A stretch of 29,765 bases of DNA from Patescibacteria group bacterium (GCA_020428615.1 JAGQMO010000011.1:1-29765), one strand, 5' to 3'. Shown: positions 8,801 through 15,043, counted from the first letter of the stretch. Notes: generated from the letters alone by a model not told the origin. Translations and numbers: made by a program.

Positions 8801-9167
8801 CGTATGAGGTATCATTAATAGCCCCAGCATTGCTTCCGTTGAGTTGTGCACTAAAAGTAGCTGTAGAACTAGTTCCTGAGGATGGGAAAGAAATGGAAGC
8901 ATTTGCTCCATTCAGTGTTCCAGAAGAAGCGTTTCGAAAGTTAAGGTAAACGGTAAACTCACCTCCACCATTATTGACAATATTGCTATATGACACTTCA
9001 TTGTAGTCATTCGCGCAGTCATTGCTACAACCGGTATTAATCGTGTTGAAACCGTCATTTCCAAGGGGTTCCGGATCAAAACTCGCCGCATGTGCAAAAG
9101 CAACTCCACCCATAAAAAGTGTTGCAACGAAAATTGTTTTCAGAATTGTTGTAATAAATGTTTTCAT
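5817..9167 (-). CDS. Large membrane-anchored surface protein or adhesin (1116 aa)
   Basis: Signal peptide (..AFAHA-A), a beta-rich N domain, six modules of about 100 aa with Fn3-like pattern T....V....A...G....WF.Y......L...T.YYY.ACA.......F.T, one TSP1-like module, a DUF11-like domain (VSRGQSVEYVVEWEN), a C-terminal TM helix and a Tyr/Pro-rich tail. Confidence 0.85.
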   Translation of the reverse strand: MKTFITTILKTIFVATLFMGGVAFAHAASFDPEPLGNDGFNTINTGCSNDCANDYNEVSYSNIVNNGGGEFTVYLNFRNASSGTLNGANASISFPSSGTSSTATFSAQLNGSNAGAINDTSYVTNLPNNWQIEFVSGFVRVEEHYTNSGTSCSNVYPGTWPWQFSFSNPGYTTIGNLHDWGDGWCDQGYVFARFRVIDTTPTPNLAVQTLSVGTVTENSAVFRGKVTEGANTTANAWFVYGTNSNLNCNTSPSISVGNVNVNETFTKTKSGLSSNTTYWYQACATQNGQSAHGNPVQFTTQSSTPNLAVQTLSVGTVTENSAVFNGQLTSGSNASVWFVYATNSNPNCNTSPSVSVSGTYNPFQPFSKTKTGLSSNTTYWYRACASVPGQSAQGSPVQFTTLNVNVGYYWDVGEWTQCFNGIRTRTVVCRDSSDHQVADQFCIANVEPKPPTQESCGGNDDLIIETRTATNVSENTATIRGRVIAGQTTYPYFVWKEENLSLNCSTDTPTFPEDFGILLEGGDNFEYEFGNGQLTPNRTYYYKACAQDLNGQVVSGLREEFTTDNNGGNANADVETKSPHVNDNEVTLRGEITNVDETYWVYFVLDDSTGVSCEDDFPLIVDEVDNDEDFDLDIDADSFNENERYYYRACAINNDGDIIEGNREDFELNENNNIEIETDAPRNITQTTAEMCGTLVEDGGDSVQTWIEFRNANQSFYTSTPIRQRHATSFCERVSGLTGNTSYLYRACTPEGCAPTRSFRTLGTDVPIGQPVITTDNPTNIRSNSATLNGTYVTNAPSGTCWFNYGRTSSLGRQTRTYSVSGYGNCVHNFTNLASNTQYCIQAVIQTPYGTDTGAVRCFNTPPSTGGPTPPPVVVIDDNTEIDLSTLGLGLSLVRLEIDDQEEVVSRGQSVEYVVEWENITNDLDLFDLDLKVVMPPEIEVTDISRGRFDQDSNTIYFTIDELEAGEDGFLTVDGIVGRGTIGNLVTAQAEIAYDNPVNDAQENAIDWDVDGYGVQVAGVTASVFGLANITFLGWLVILLGLFIIFLVARWLYLEREEMRAQAYAGYAPYAPLPYHYNNYPEPRAYVEPEPSYNIPQTPDTNYRDDYYEPYRPNRG
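7965..8564 (-). repeat. Tandem intragenic duplication, 306-bp period
   Basis: Two units starting TPNLAVQTLSVGTVTENSAVF at 8564 and 8258 (102 codons apart), with long stretches of nucleotide identity. Confidence 0.9.
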
Positions 9168-9207
9168 AAAAAATTGAATAAAAATGCGTGATTGAATAAT
9201 CGAAGAT

Positions 9208-9236
9208 ATATTAGCATATCATAATCATATTGTCAA
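9208..9236 (-). promoter_or_regulatory. Near-consensus sigma70 promoter for the surface protein
   Basis: TTGACA (9231-9236) - N17 - TAATAT (9208-9213), with extended TG. Confidence 0.75.
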
Positions 9237-9291
9237 TGATTTCACTGATAAACCCTCAATTGTTAGTATCTCAATTAAAAGCTTATTAGTG

Positions 9292-9320
9292 AAGACTTTC
9301 GTGTAATACACGAAAGTCTT
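9292..9320. terminator. Hairpin, probable terminator after the 9336-10154 gene
   Basis: 12-bp perfect stem AAGACTTTCGTG / CACGAAAGTCTT. The T-tract on the minus strand is weak. Confidence 0.6.
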
Positions 9321-9335
9321 TTTCGTTAAGTTGTT

Positions 9336-10154
9336 TTAAAAACGAAATGTTGTTTGAAAAACAAACTCTTGTCCCGAATCATTTGGGTTGAAAGGCCCAT
9401 CATCGATATTAGGATTCATAGGGTCCGTGTTCGGACTCCAATCAAAATCAATGTTACCGTCAGTGACTAAATCACCAATGGTACCAACGATGAGACCTAC
9501 TACAATACCATCAACAATGACAGAGAGAATGGGTGTCATACGATCTTGCCAGCCGAGAATTTTGTACGTTACCGGTCGCCACGTAATAGGCACTCTTCCA
9601 AACGACACAGTTTGTTTTGGAATCGTCTTGGTATCAACATCAACGTAACCAGTCAAATCGATATTATCAAATGTCTGGTTGCCAAATTGAACGTTATTAC
9701 GAGTAAAAGAACCAGTGAAATCACCATCTTCCAACTTAGGTAGTTCGATTGGTTGTTTCTTGATATTCTCAATAACCAAATCGGCAATGTACACGAGATC
9801 CTTGTTTTGTTCCTTACAATACTTGTAAATCAATGTATTGTAAGGAACGTTGCTATCCTTTTTCTCTACTTCTTTTTGAAGGTCAGATACCAATGTCCCG
9901 CTGTTTTGAATAATACGAGATTCTCCAGCATAGGGATAGGAAACCTTCACCCATGTTCCATCTTTGTAACCAGCTGAAGGAATTTTTTTGATGGTAAAAT
10001 CGAATATTCCATTTGCTTTAAAATAACCAGTGTAAGCTGTCTCCAGCAAGTCGATCCGCTCTTGTGTACCGTCAAGCACGATAGTATTTACTGATTTTTG
10101 AGCGGTTGTAAGTGTGCTCACAAGCACACTTATGATTAAAAGTATATTTTTCAT
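9336..10154 (-). CDS. Hypothetical exported protein, paralogue A (272 aa)
   Basis: Signal peptide MKNILLIISVLVSTLTTA-Q, a hydrophobic segment near the C-terminus, and a terminal F.F...F.F. Shares motifs with 10292-11302. Confidence 0.75.
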   Translation of the reverse strand: MKNILLIISVLVSTLTTAQKSVNTIVLDGTQERIDLLETAYTGYFKANGIFDFTIKKIPSAGYKDGTWVKVSYPYAGESRIIQNSGTLVSDLQKEVEKKDSNVPYNTLIYKYCKEQNKDLVYIADLVIENIKKQPIELPKLEDGDFTGSFTRNNVQFGNQTFDNIDLTGYVDVDTKTIPKQTVSFGRVPITWRPVTYKILGWQDRMTPILSVIVDGIVVGLIVGTIGDLVTDGNIDFDWSPNTDPMNPNIDDGPFNPNDSGQEFVFQTTFRF

Positions 10155-10190
10155 TGTAAGTGGGTTTTATATGATTGAAATTTTGTATTT

Positions 10191-10219
10191 AAAATATCAA
10201 CAAATCACGATATTGTCAA
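10191..10219 (-). promoter_or_regulatory. sigma70 promoter for paralogue A
   Basis: TTGACA (10214-10219) - N17 - TATTTT (10191-10196), with extended TG. Confidence 0.6.
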
Positions 10220-10239
10220 TTATTTTATCGTCTTTATAC

Positions 10240-10268
10240 AAAAAATGCCCCCAAATAGTGAGGGCATT
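10240..10268 (-). terminator. Intrinsic terminator of paralogue B
   Basis: AATGCCC / GGGCATT stem followed by TTTT on the minus strand. Confidence 0.65.
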
Positions 10269-10291
10269 ATGCTTAAAATTTCAAGACAAAC

Positions 10292-11302
10292 TTAAGATCT
10301 TTTCCTTTTGTATGCCTTGTTGACGGTGTTACTCATGGAGGTGAGTTGGGTTTGAAATGAATTAAAAGTATTCACCCTGTTACCCGTGCCATTTCCTCCG
10401 TTGAAATTTCCGGAGCCGTTAGGATTGAATCCTCCTCCGTTTCCAGATTCGTTTCCAGAATCATTCGGTTTAATAGGTTCATTAATCACAACTTCTGGGT
10501 TATCTCGATGTTTCTTAAAGAGATTAAATAAATTTATCTTACCATCTTCAAGAAGATCAAGTCCAATCACGGTCGCAACAACGGCTACTGGAATAATCCA
10601 ACCGTTTTTTCGCTTTACTTCCAACCTATCATTAAGGCAAACTGGATACTCTAATGCAAGAGTCGCAAAGGCATCTTCGGCTTCCTGTCTGGTTAATCCC
10701 CAACTTTCTTGATAGGGTAATCCATTCCTCAAACCTATTCGACGAGCTTTACGAGCAGTCGGCGTCCGTCCTATTTTTTCAAGAACTTCAATTCTAGCCC
10801 ACTCTGTAGCGGCAATCTCGCATGGCGTCATTGGTGGAGGAGTTTTTTGATTTGGTAATTCATACCTATCAGCAGAATCAGCAAGTAAAGGTAACGTAAC
10901 ATCTTCGGAAAGTTCCTTGGTTGCTTTTTTTGGCAACATACTCAAGACAAGAAGGATTACCCTCCTTTGTACATCACAATAGGTATCAACAATTTCGGAT
11001 ACGGAGATATCAGAATACGGATTATGCATTTTGTTTTGCATGGTATTACTCACAAAAACATCTCCTACATGAATATTTTGGTACTCAATTCTAATTTCCT
11101 TACCATCTCTTCCGTATGGCATAGTGTCACCAACAATGACTTTACTACGCATATCAAAACCGTTTTCAGGCTTCTTGATTTGGTAATTCATACCGTTTGC
11201 CATGGTTGTTGCTCTTTCTTTATCACCAGAAAGAACAATGGTGTTTTGGGCATATAACCCAAAGGTAACTAACAAACTAAAAATAAGGATTATTTTTTTC
11301 AT
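10292..11302 (-). CDS. Hypothetical exported protein, paralogue B (336 aa)
   Basis: Start moved to ATG 11302, giving signal peptide MKKIILIFSLLVTFGLYA-Q. Has a hydrophobic segment (WIIPVAVVATVIGL) and an Asn/Gly-rich tail. Confidence 0.75.
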   Translation of the reverse strand: MKKIILIFSLLVTFGLYAQNTIVLSGDKERATTMANGMNYQIKKPENGFDMRSKVIVGDTMPYGRDGKEIRIEYQNIHVGDVFVSNTMQNKMHNPYSDISVSEIVDTYCDVQRRVILLVLSMLPKKATKELSEDVTLPLLADSADRYELPNQKTPPPMTPCEIAATEWARIEVLEKIGRTPTARKARRIGLRNGLPYQESWGLTRQEAEDAFATLALEYPVCLNDRLEVKRKNGWIIPVAVVATVIGLDLLEDGKINLFNLFKKHRDNPEVVINEPIKPNDSGNESGNGGGFNPNGSGNFNGGNGTGNRVNTFNSFQTQLTSMSNTVNKAYKRKRS

Positions 11303-11312
11303 TTTCTTGGAA

Positions 11313-11397
11313 TTTGTGGAGGGAGAAACCTCCTGGTTTGACTTCTCTCTATACACCACACACGTGGTATCCAGAGAGAAGTCAAACCATTCACAAA
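11313..11397 (-). ncRNA. Structured 5' leader, candidate cis-regulatory RNA
   Basis: 17-bp perfect inverted repeat (11334-11350 / 11373-11389), an adjacent GGAGG/CCTCC hairpin (11318-11333) and an outer TTTGTG/CACAAA pairing, lying between the promoter and the ATG. Confidence 0.55.
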
Positions 11398-11461
11398 AAA
11401 TGAAAAATCGTCAAACCATATATTCTTTTTAATTATAAAAAGTACTGACTTCTTGTATTAT

Positions 11462-11490
11462 ATATTATCATATATAATACATTATGTCAA
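11462..11490 (-). promoter_or_regulatory. Near-consensus sigma70 promoter for paralogue B
   Basis: TTGACA (11485-11490) - N17 - TAATAT (11462-11467), with extended TG. Confidence 0.75.
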
Positions 11491-11493
11491 TAC

Positions 11494-11524
11494 TAAATCC
11501 CCTACCATTTCTGGTGGGGATTTA
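11494..11524. terminator. Hairpin after the 11546-12391 gene (terminator or REP-like)
   Basis: TAAATCCCC-t-ACCA tttc TGGT-GGGGATTTA. Confidence 0.55.
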
Positions 11525-11545
11525 ATTAAATTGTGGGGAGACTAC

Positions 11546-12391
11546 TTAGAATCCTTCGGTACGAATAACCGCTTGTTTAGGAACTACCCTAAACTTCACG
11601 ATATCTAAACGCACATCGGCATTAGATACTTCATATACAGCATTGGTATTTTTTTCCAAAACTACATATGATCCGTCATCGGTTCTTGCGTAACTGTTGG
11701 AATCTTTGTTCAAATTCATATCAGTCCCATTGGGCACCTCATCAAATTTTAAACATTTCCATTGATACCGTCCTGCATTGGTATTGCGCAAGGTTTGCGG
11801 TGTTAGATTAGTTTCGGAAATTTTTCCATTATCGCGAATGATATATCGCAAATGCGGTTTAGATCCACGAACATAACCTTTAGAGTCCCTTCCTCCTTCG
11901 TTTTTCAACACCAGTGCCTTTTCATCCTCGGTGAGATCACTTTCTTTCAGAAAATTAACCTCGGGTGTTGAAACAATTTCGAAATCAAACATAAGTTTGA
12001 TGGTATTTGAAACATCTTGGTTTTTAGGCGTACCGTTTGGTTCTTGTGAAAATGTTACTTCCAAAGTCTTTGGAACGTATGGATTATCTGTCATTTCCAT
12101 AACGCGTAATTTACCTACACTGGATATCCCAGGCAAGGTAATATTTCTGGTCGTGAATTTAAACTTGCCATCAATTAGCTGGAAAGAATCCTTCAGTTGC
12201 AAAACAATTGGCTTGTCAATGTTTGCTTTCGCTCCATTGATACGATCCTCTGTTAGTTTAAAATCGTTAAATGTTTTGGCTACAGCCGGAGCTGATTGCC
12301 ATTGTTCGGATTCATTAACTTCCTGGTAGATCTTTTTTGAGCAAGAAGCGGAAAGAATTCCTAGCAGCAATAAAAGTGTTATGTATTTCAT
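11546..12391 (-). CDS. Hypothetical lipoprotein (281 aa)
   Basis: Lipobox LSAS-C after MKYITLLLLLG. The remainder is soluble and beta-rich. Has its own promoter and a downstream hairpin. Confidence 0.75.
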   Translation of the reverse strand: MKYITLLLLLGILSASCSKKIYQEVNESEQWQSAPAVAKTFNDFKLTEDRINGAKANIDKPIVLQLKDSFQLIDGKFKFTTRNITLPGISSVGKLRVMEMTDNPYVPKTLEVTFSQEPNGTPKNQDVSNTIKLMFDFEIVSTPEVNFLKESDLTEDEKALVLKNEGGRDSKGYVRGSKPHLRYIIRDNGKISETNLTPQTLRNTNAGRYQWKCLKFDEVPNGTDMNLNKDSNSYARTDDGSYVVLEKNTNAVYEVSNADVRLDIVKFRVVPKQAVIRTEGF

Positions 12392-12446
12392 TATGAACGT
12401 GTTTGATGCTTAAAAATTAAGCTGGTTATACAATATTTTCAAATAA

Positions 12447-12474
12447 AATATACCAAAATATATAATATTGTCAA
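12447..12474 (-). promoter_or_regulatory. sigma70 promoter for the 281-aa lipoprotein
   Basis: TTGACA (12469-12474) - N16 - TATATT (12447-12452), with extended TG. The -35 sits inside the palindrome AATATTG-A-CAATATT. Confidence 0.6.
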
Positions 12475-12488
12475 TATTCTTATCCCCA

Positions 12489-12513
12489 AAAAATAAAAGC
12501 CTATTTGGCTTTT
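12489..12513 (-). terminator. Intrinsic terminator of pilB
   Basis: AAAAGCC-aaata-GGCTTTT followed by ATTTTTT on the minus strand, overlapping the stop codon. Confidence 0.65.
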
Positions 12514-14618
12514 GTGAGTGTATCGTGGTGTTCAATTTCTTCTCGGACACGCCGCAGTTTTTGAGAAGCATCCATGCTCGGGTTCTTTTTGGCATGTTCA
12601 TGTAACTCACCAAGATCATCCGCAAGGCGCGTAAAGGTTTTGTGTGTTTCGGCAAAATCTTCTCCGTCATCAAATATTGCTTCCGCTTGACCATATTTGA
12701 GAAGTTCTAAGATAGTTGTTTGTACTTCTCTAATATCATCCTTGATATCCCAGTCTGGATTTACCGTTTGTTTATGCTCAAGCTTTTTCAATCGATCAAT
12801 GAGCATCGAGAGTTCAACACTTTGTTTGGTTAGGAGCGCTCCTGGATTCATCGCCGGAGAATCAATAACTGGTGGTACGCTTTTTTTTTCTTGCAAAGTT
12901 GTTGTATGGTCGGTACCATCGGTATCATCAATCTCAAGATCAACTACTTTTTGTACTTCTTCAAAACTTGTCGTTCCATCAAGAATTTTAATTACACCGT
13001 CTTCCCGCATATTGAGTAATCCCTGTTTCTCAGCAACTTTTCGTACTTCTTGTTCAGAGGGTTTTTTGTTTAAAAGTGCTTCAATATGTTCATCGGTAAT
13101 AATGGCTTCAAACAATCCTACGCGGCCTTTGTATCCAGTCCCGTTACATTCTTTACATCCCTTACCTCGCGTGAGTGTAATTTGTTGGTCGGGGTTCAGC
13201 CCATATTCATGAAGTGGTTTGTTATTGTTCGCAGCTTCTCTCAAGATGGCTCGAATAATGCGTTCCTCTTCTTGGTTGGGATCCTCTTGTTCAGCGCAGT
13301 GTTTGCACACTCGCCTCACTAAACGTTGTGCAAGAGATACTGAGAGTGCAGCAGCAAGAATTTGAGGAGAAACACCAAGATCCAGGAGGCGCGGAATAAC
13401 CCCAGCGGCACCATTCGTGTGAAGGGTTGAAAATACCATATGTCCCGTGAGAGAAGCATTCACCGCAATATTTGCTGTTTCAGGATCTCGAATTTCCCCC
13501 ACCATGATAATATCAGGGTCTTGTCGCAACGCAGCTCGCAAACCTGAAAGAAAATCGTAACCTTTTTTACGATTTACTTGAGTTTGACTGATTCCCTCAA
13601 GGTGATATTCAATTGGATCTTCAATGGTGAGTATTTTCACATCAGGTGAGTACACCTTGCTCATGAATGAATAGAGAGTTGTGGTTTTACCCGAACCTGT
13701 TGGTCCCGTTGTTAAAATCATACCGTTTGGTTTTGCGATTTCCTTCATGAGAATTTCATACAAACGTGGCTCAATACCCAAATGCTCAACGCCCACTCGG
13801 ATATTATCTGGATTTAAGATACGCATCACAAACGATTCCCCATAGGCACTTGGAATAACCGATACGCGAACTTCAATTTCTTTATTGTCAAAATCAATAG
13901 TAAAACGTCCATCTTGAGCGTTCTCTGTTTGTGTCAATTTCATTTCAGATAATAACTTGATGCGAGAAAGGAGTTTTTTATAAGATTCATGATCAAATGT
14001 TGTAATATCTTGAAGCACTCCATCTTGACGAAAACGCAACCGTACCTGTTCGTCTTGCGACTCAATATGAACATCGGATGATTCGGTCGCAATCGCTCCC
14101 CCAAAAATCACCTCCATAAGTTCTGTTGTCTTTTTTACATCTTTATTGTTAATAACCTGAGAAATTTCATCAGCAATATCTTGATTTGTTTGAATTTCAT
14201 CAGCAATACGCTTGAGTTCATCGGTTGAAATATCAAGCATCCCTTCATGTGACGAGCGTGCATAGGAAACATCAGCATAACGTTCCCATGCTTTCTCTAG
14301 ACTGCGTGTTGAAACCAAATGGAGCCCGAGATTATAATCTTTCTCGAGTTTCGCAATGACCTTTTTCGTTTCAGGAAGATTGGGCGATTTAATTCCTACA
14401 TACAGGTCTTTTCCAACAATTTTAAAGGGGGCTACAAATGCACGCCGAGCTTCTTGTTCATCAAGCGTAGTGAGCGCGTCTGTTTCAATAGTCGTTCCGG
14501 TCAAATCAATGTATGGCAGTTTAAAACGTTCAGCAATGCGTTGCACGAACGATTCTTCTTCCTTTTTTCTAATTTCGTCTATCTTCTTCGCTTGTTTGGT
14601 GTTATCAAAGTCGACCAT
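12501..14618 (-). CDS. pilB: Type IV pilus assembly ATPase, PilB/GspE family, with C-terminal extension (705 aa)
   Basis: ASDVHIE-like ESSDVHIE, Walker A GPTGSGKTT, Asp box TIEDPIE, Walker B DPDIIMVGEIRD, His box STLHTN, and two CxxC motifs. ATG 14618 follows TATACT-N9. Confidence 0.85.
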   Translation of the reverse strand: MVDFDNTKQAKKIDEIRKKEEESFVQRIAERFKLPYIDLTGTTIETDALTTLDEQEARRAFVAPFKIVGKDLYVGIKSPNLPETKKVIAKLEKDYNLGLHLVSTRSLEKAWERYADVSYARSSHEGMLDISTDELKRIADEIQTNQDIADEISQVINNKDVKKTTELMEVIFGGAIATESSDVHIESQDEQVRLRFRQDGVLQDITTFDHESYKKLLSRIKLLSEMKLTQTENAQDGRFTIDFDNKEIEVRVSVIPSAYGESFVMRILNPDNIRVGVEHLGIEPRLYEILMKEIAKPNGMILTTGPTGSGKTTTLYSFMSKVYSPDVKILTIEDPIEYHLEGISQTQVNRKKGYDFLSGLRAALRQDPDIIMVGEIRDPETANIAVNASLTGHMVFSTLHTNGAAGVIPRLLDLGVSPQILAAALSVSLAQRLVRRVCKHCAEQEDPNQEEERIIRAILREAANNNKPLHEYGLNPDQQITLTRGKGCKECNGTGYKGRVGLFEAIITDEHIEALLNKKPSEQEVRKVAEKQGLLNMREDGVIKILDGTTSFEEVQKVVDLEIDDTDGTDHTTTLQEKKSVPPVIDSPAMNPGALLTKQSVELSMLIDRLKKLEHKQTVNPDWDIKDDIREVQTTILELLKYGQAEAIFDDGEDFAETHKTFTRLADDLGELHEHAKKNPSMDASQKLRRVREEIEHHDTLTKAK

Positions 14619-14658
14619 ACTGACAACAGTATACAACAGACGACTTTTAAATGATATG

Positions 14659-14685
14659 AAAAAATCCTCTCGGCGAGGATTTTTT
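14659..14685. terminator. Intrinsic terminator ending the leftward ncRNA
   Basis: AAAAAATCCTC / GAGGATTTTTT stem with T-tracts on both strands. Confidence 0.75.
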
Positions 14686-14688
14686 CTT

Positions 14689-14860
14689 CTTGAGAACAGT
14701 AATCTCTAAACAAACAGAAAAAAACTTTAAAATAAAGGATGACTATACTTCAACGAGATATTCAGCGGAGTCCACTACGAGGGTGGGAGCCAACTATTCC
14801 TATCCGGATAGCCAAATTCGCGAGATCCGATTGTTTAGAGATTACCATTTTCAAGGTACT
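14689..14860 (-). ncRNA. Rod-shaped ncRNA, 6S RNA (ssrS)-like candidate
   Basis: 25-bp closing stem (14855-14831 with 14713-14689, two G-U pairs and one mismatch), a central bubble, inner helices and an apical CCAC/GUGG hairpin. Bounded by a promoter and a terminator. Confidence 0.55.
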
Positions 14861-14866
14861 GTCGAT

Positions 14867-14894
14867 ATCCTATCATAAAGATATTTTTTGTCAA
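14867..14894 (-). promoter_or_regulatory. Proximal promoter of the ncRNA
   Basis: TTGACA (14889-14894) - N16 - TAGGAT (14867-14872), with extended TG. Predicted TSS near 14860, 5 nt before the closing stem. Confidence 0.65.
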
Positions 14895-14973
14895 GTTGCT
14901 TTCTCGTACGCAAAGCAAGGCAACACGTAGGATAATAACACCCCTAGTGAGGAAATGCTATAAACAGTTGTGT

Positions 14974-15002
14974 ATAATATGTGCATAACTTAATTTTGTC
15001 AA
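14974..15002 (-). promoter_or_regulatory. Distal leftward promoter
   Basis: TTGACA (14997-15002) - N17 - TATTAT (14974-14979). Confidence 0.6.
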
Positions 15003-15043
15003 ATATTAGTGAGGGGAAGTTACAAATAAGGTATACTGGGGGC

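Noticed and set aside
11303-11359. 19-aa N-terminal extension from GTG 11359
   Set aside because: It runs through the hairpin leader and would bury a clean signal peptide that starts at ATG 11302.
9240-12500. Integron cassette array explanation for the single-gene units
   Set aside because: One RYYYAAC-like box (ACTTAAC after the 9336 stop) has no matching GTTRRRY, the spacers are not mutually similar attC sites, each gene has its own promoter, and no integrase is visible.
14780-14815. SRP RNA: UCCGGAUAGGAAUAG resembles the helix-8 UCCGGAAGGAAGCAG
   Set aside because: The loop would be 5 nt rather than GNRA, the conserved CAGG/AGCAG internal loop is missing, and the segment fits better in the long rod fold.
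14895-14930. c-di-GMP-I riboswitch fragment (TACGCAAAGC) near pilB
   Set aside because: It is on the strand opposite pilB, lacks the P1/GNRA and receptor elements, and pilB has its own -10 and no MshEN motif.
14690-14930. ORFs 14690-14878 and 14739-14930 on the plus strand
   Set aside because: Short, with no recognisable motifs, and antisense to a promoter- and terminator-bounded structured RNA.
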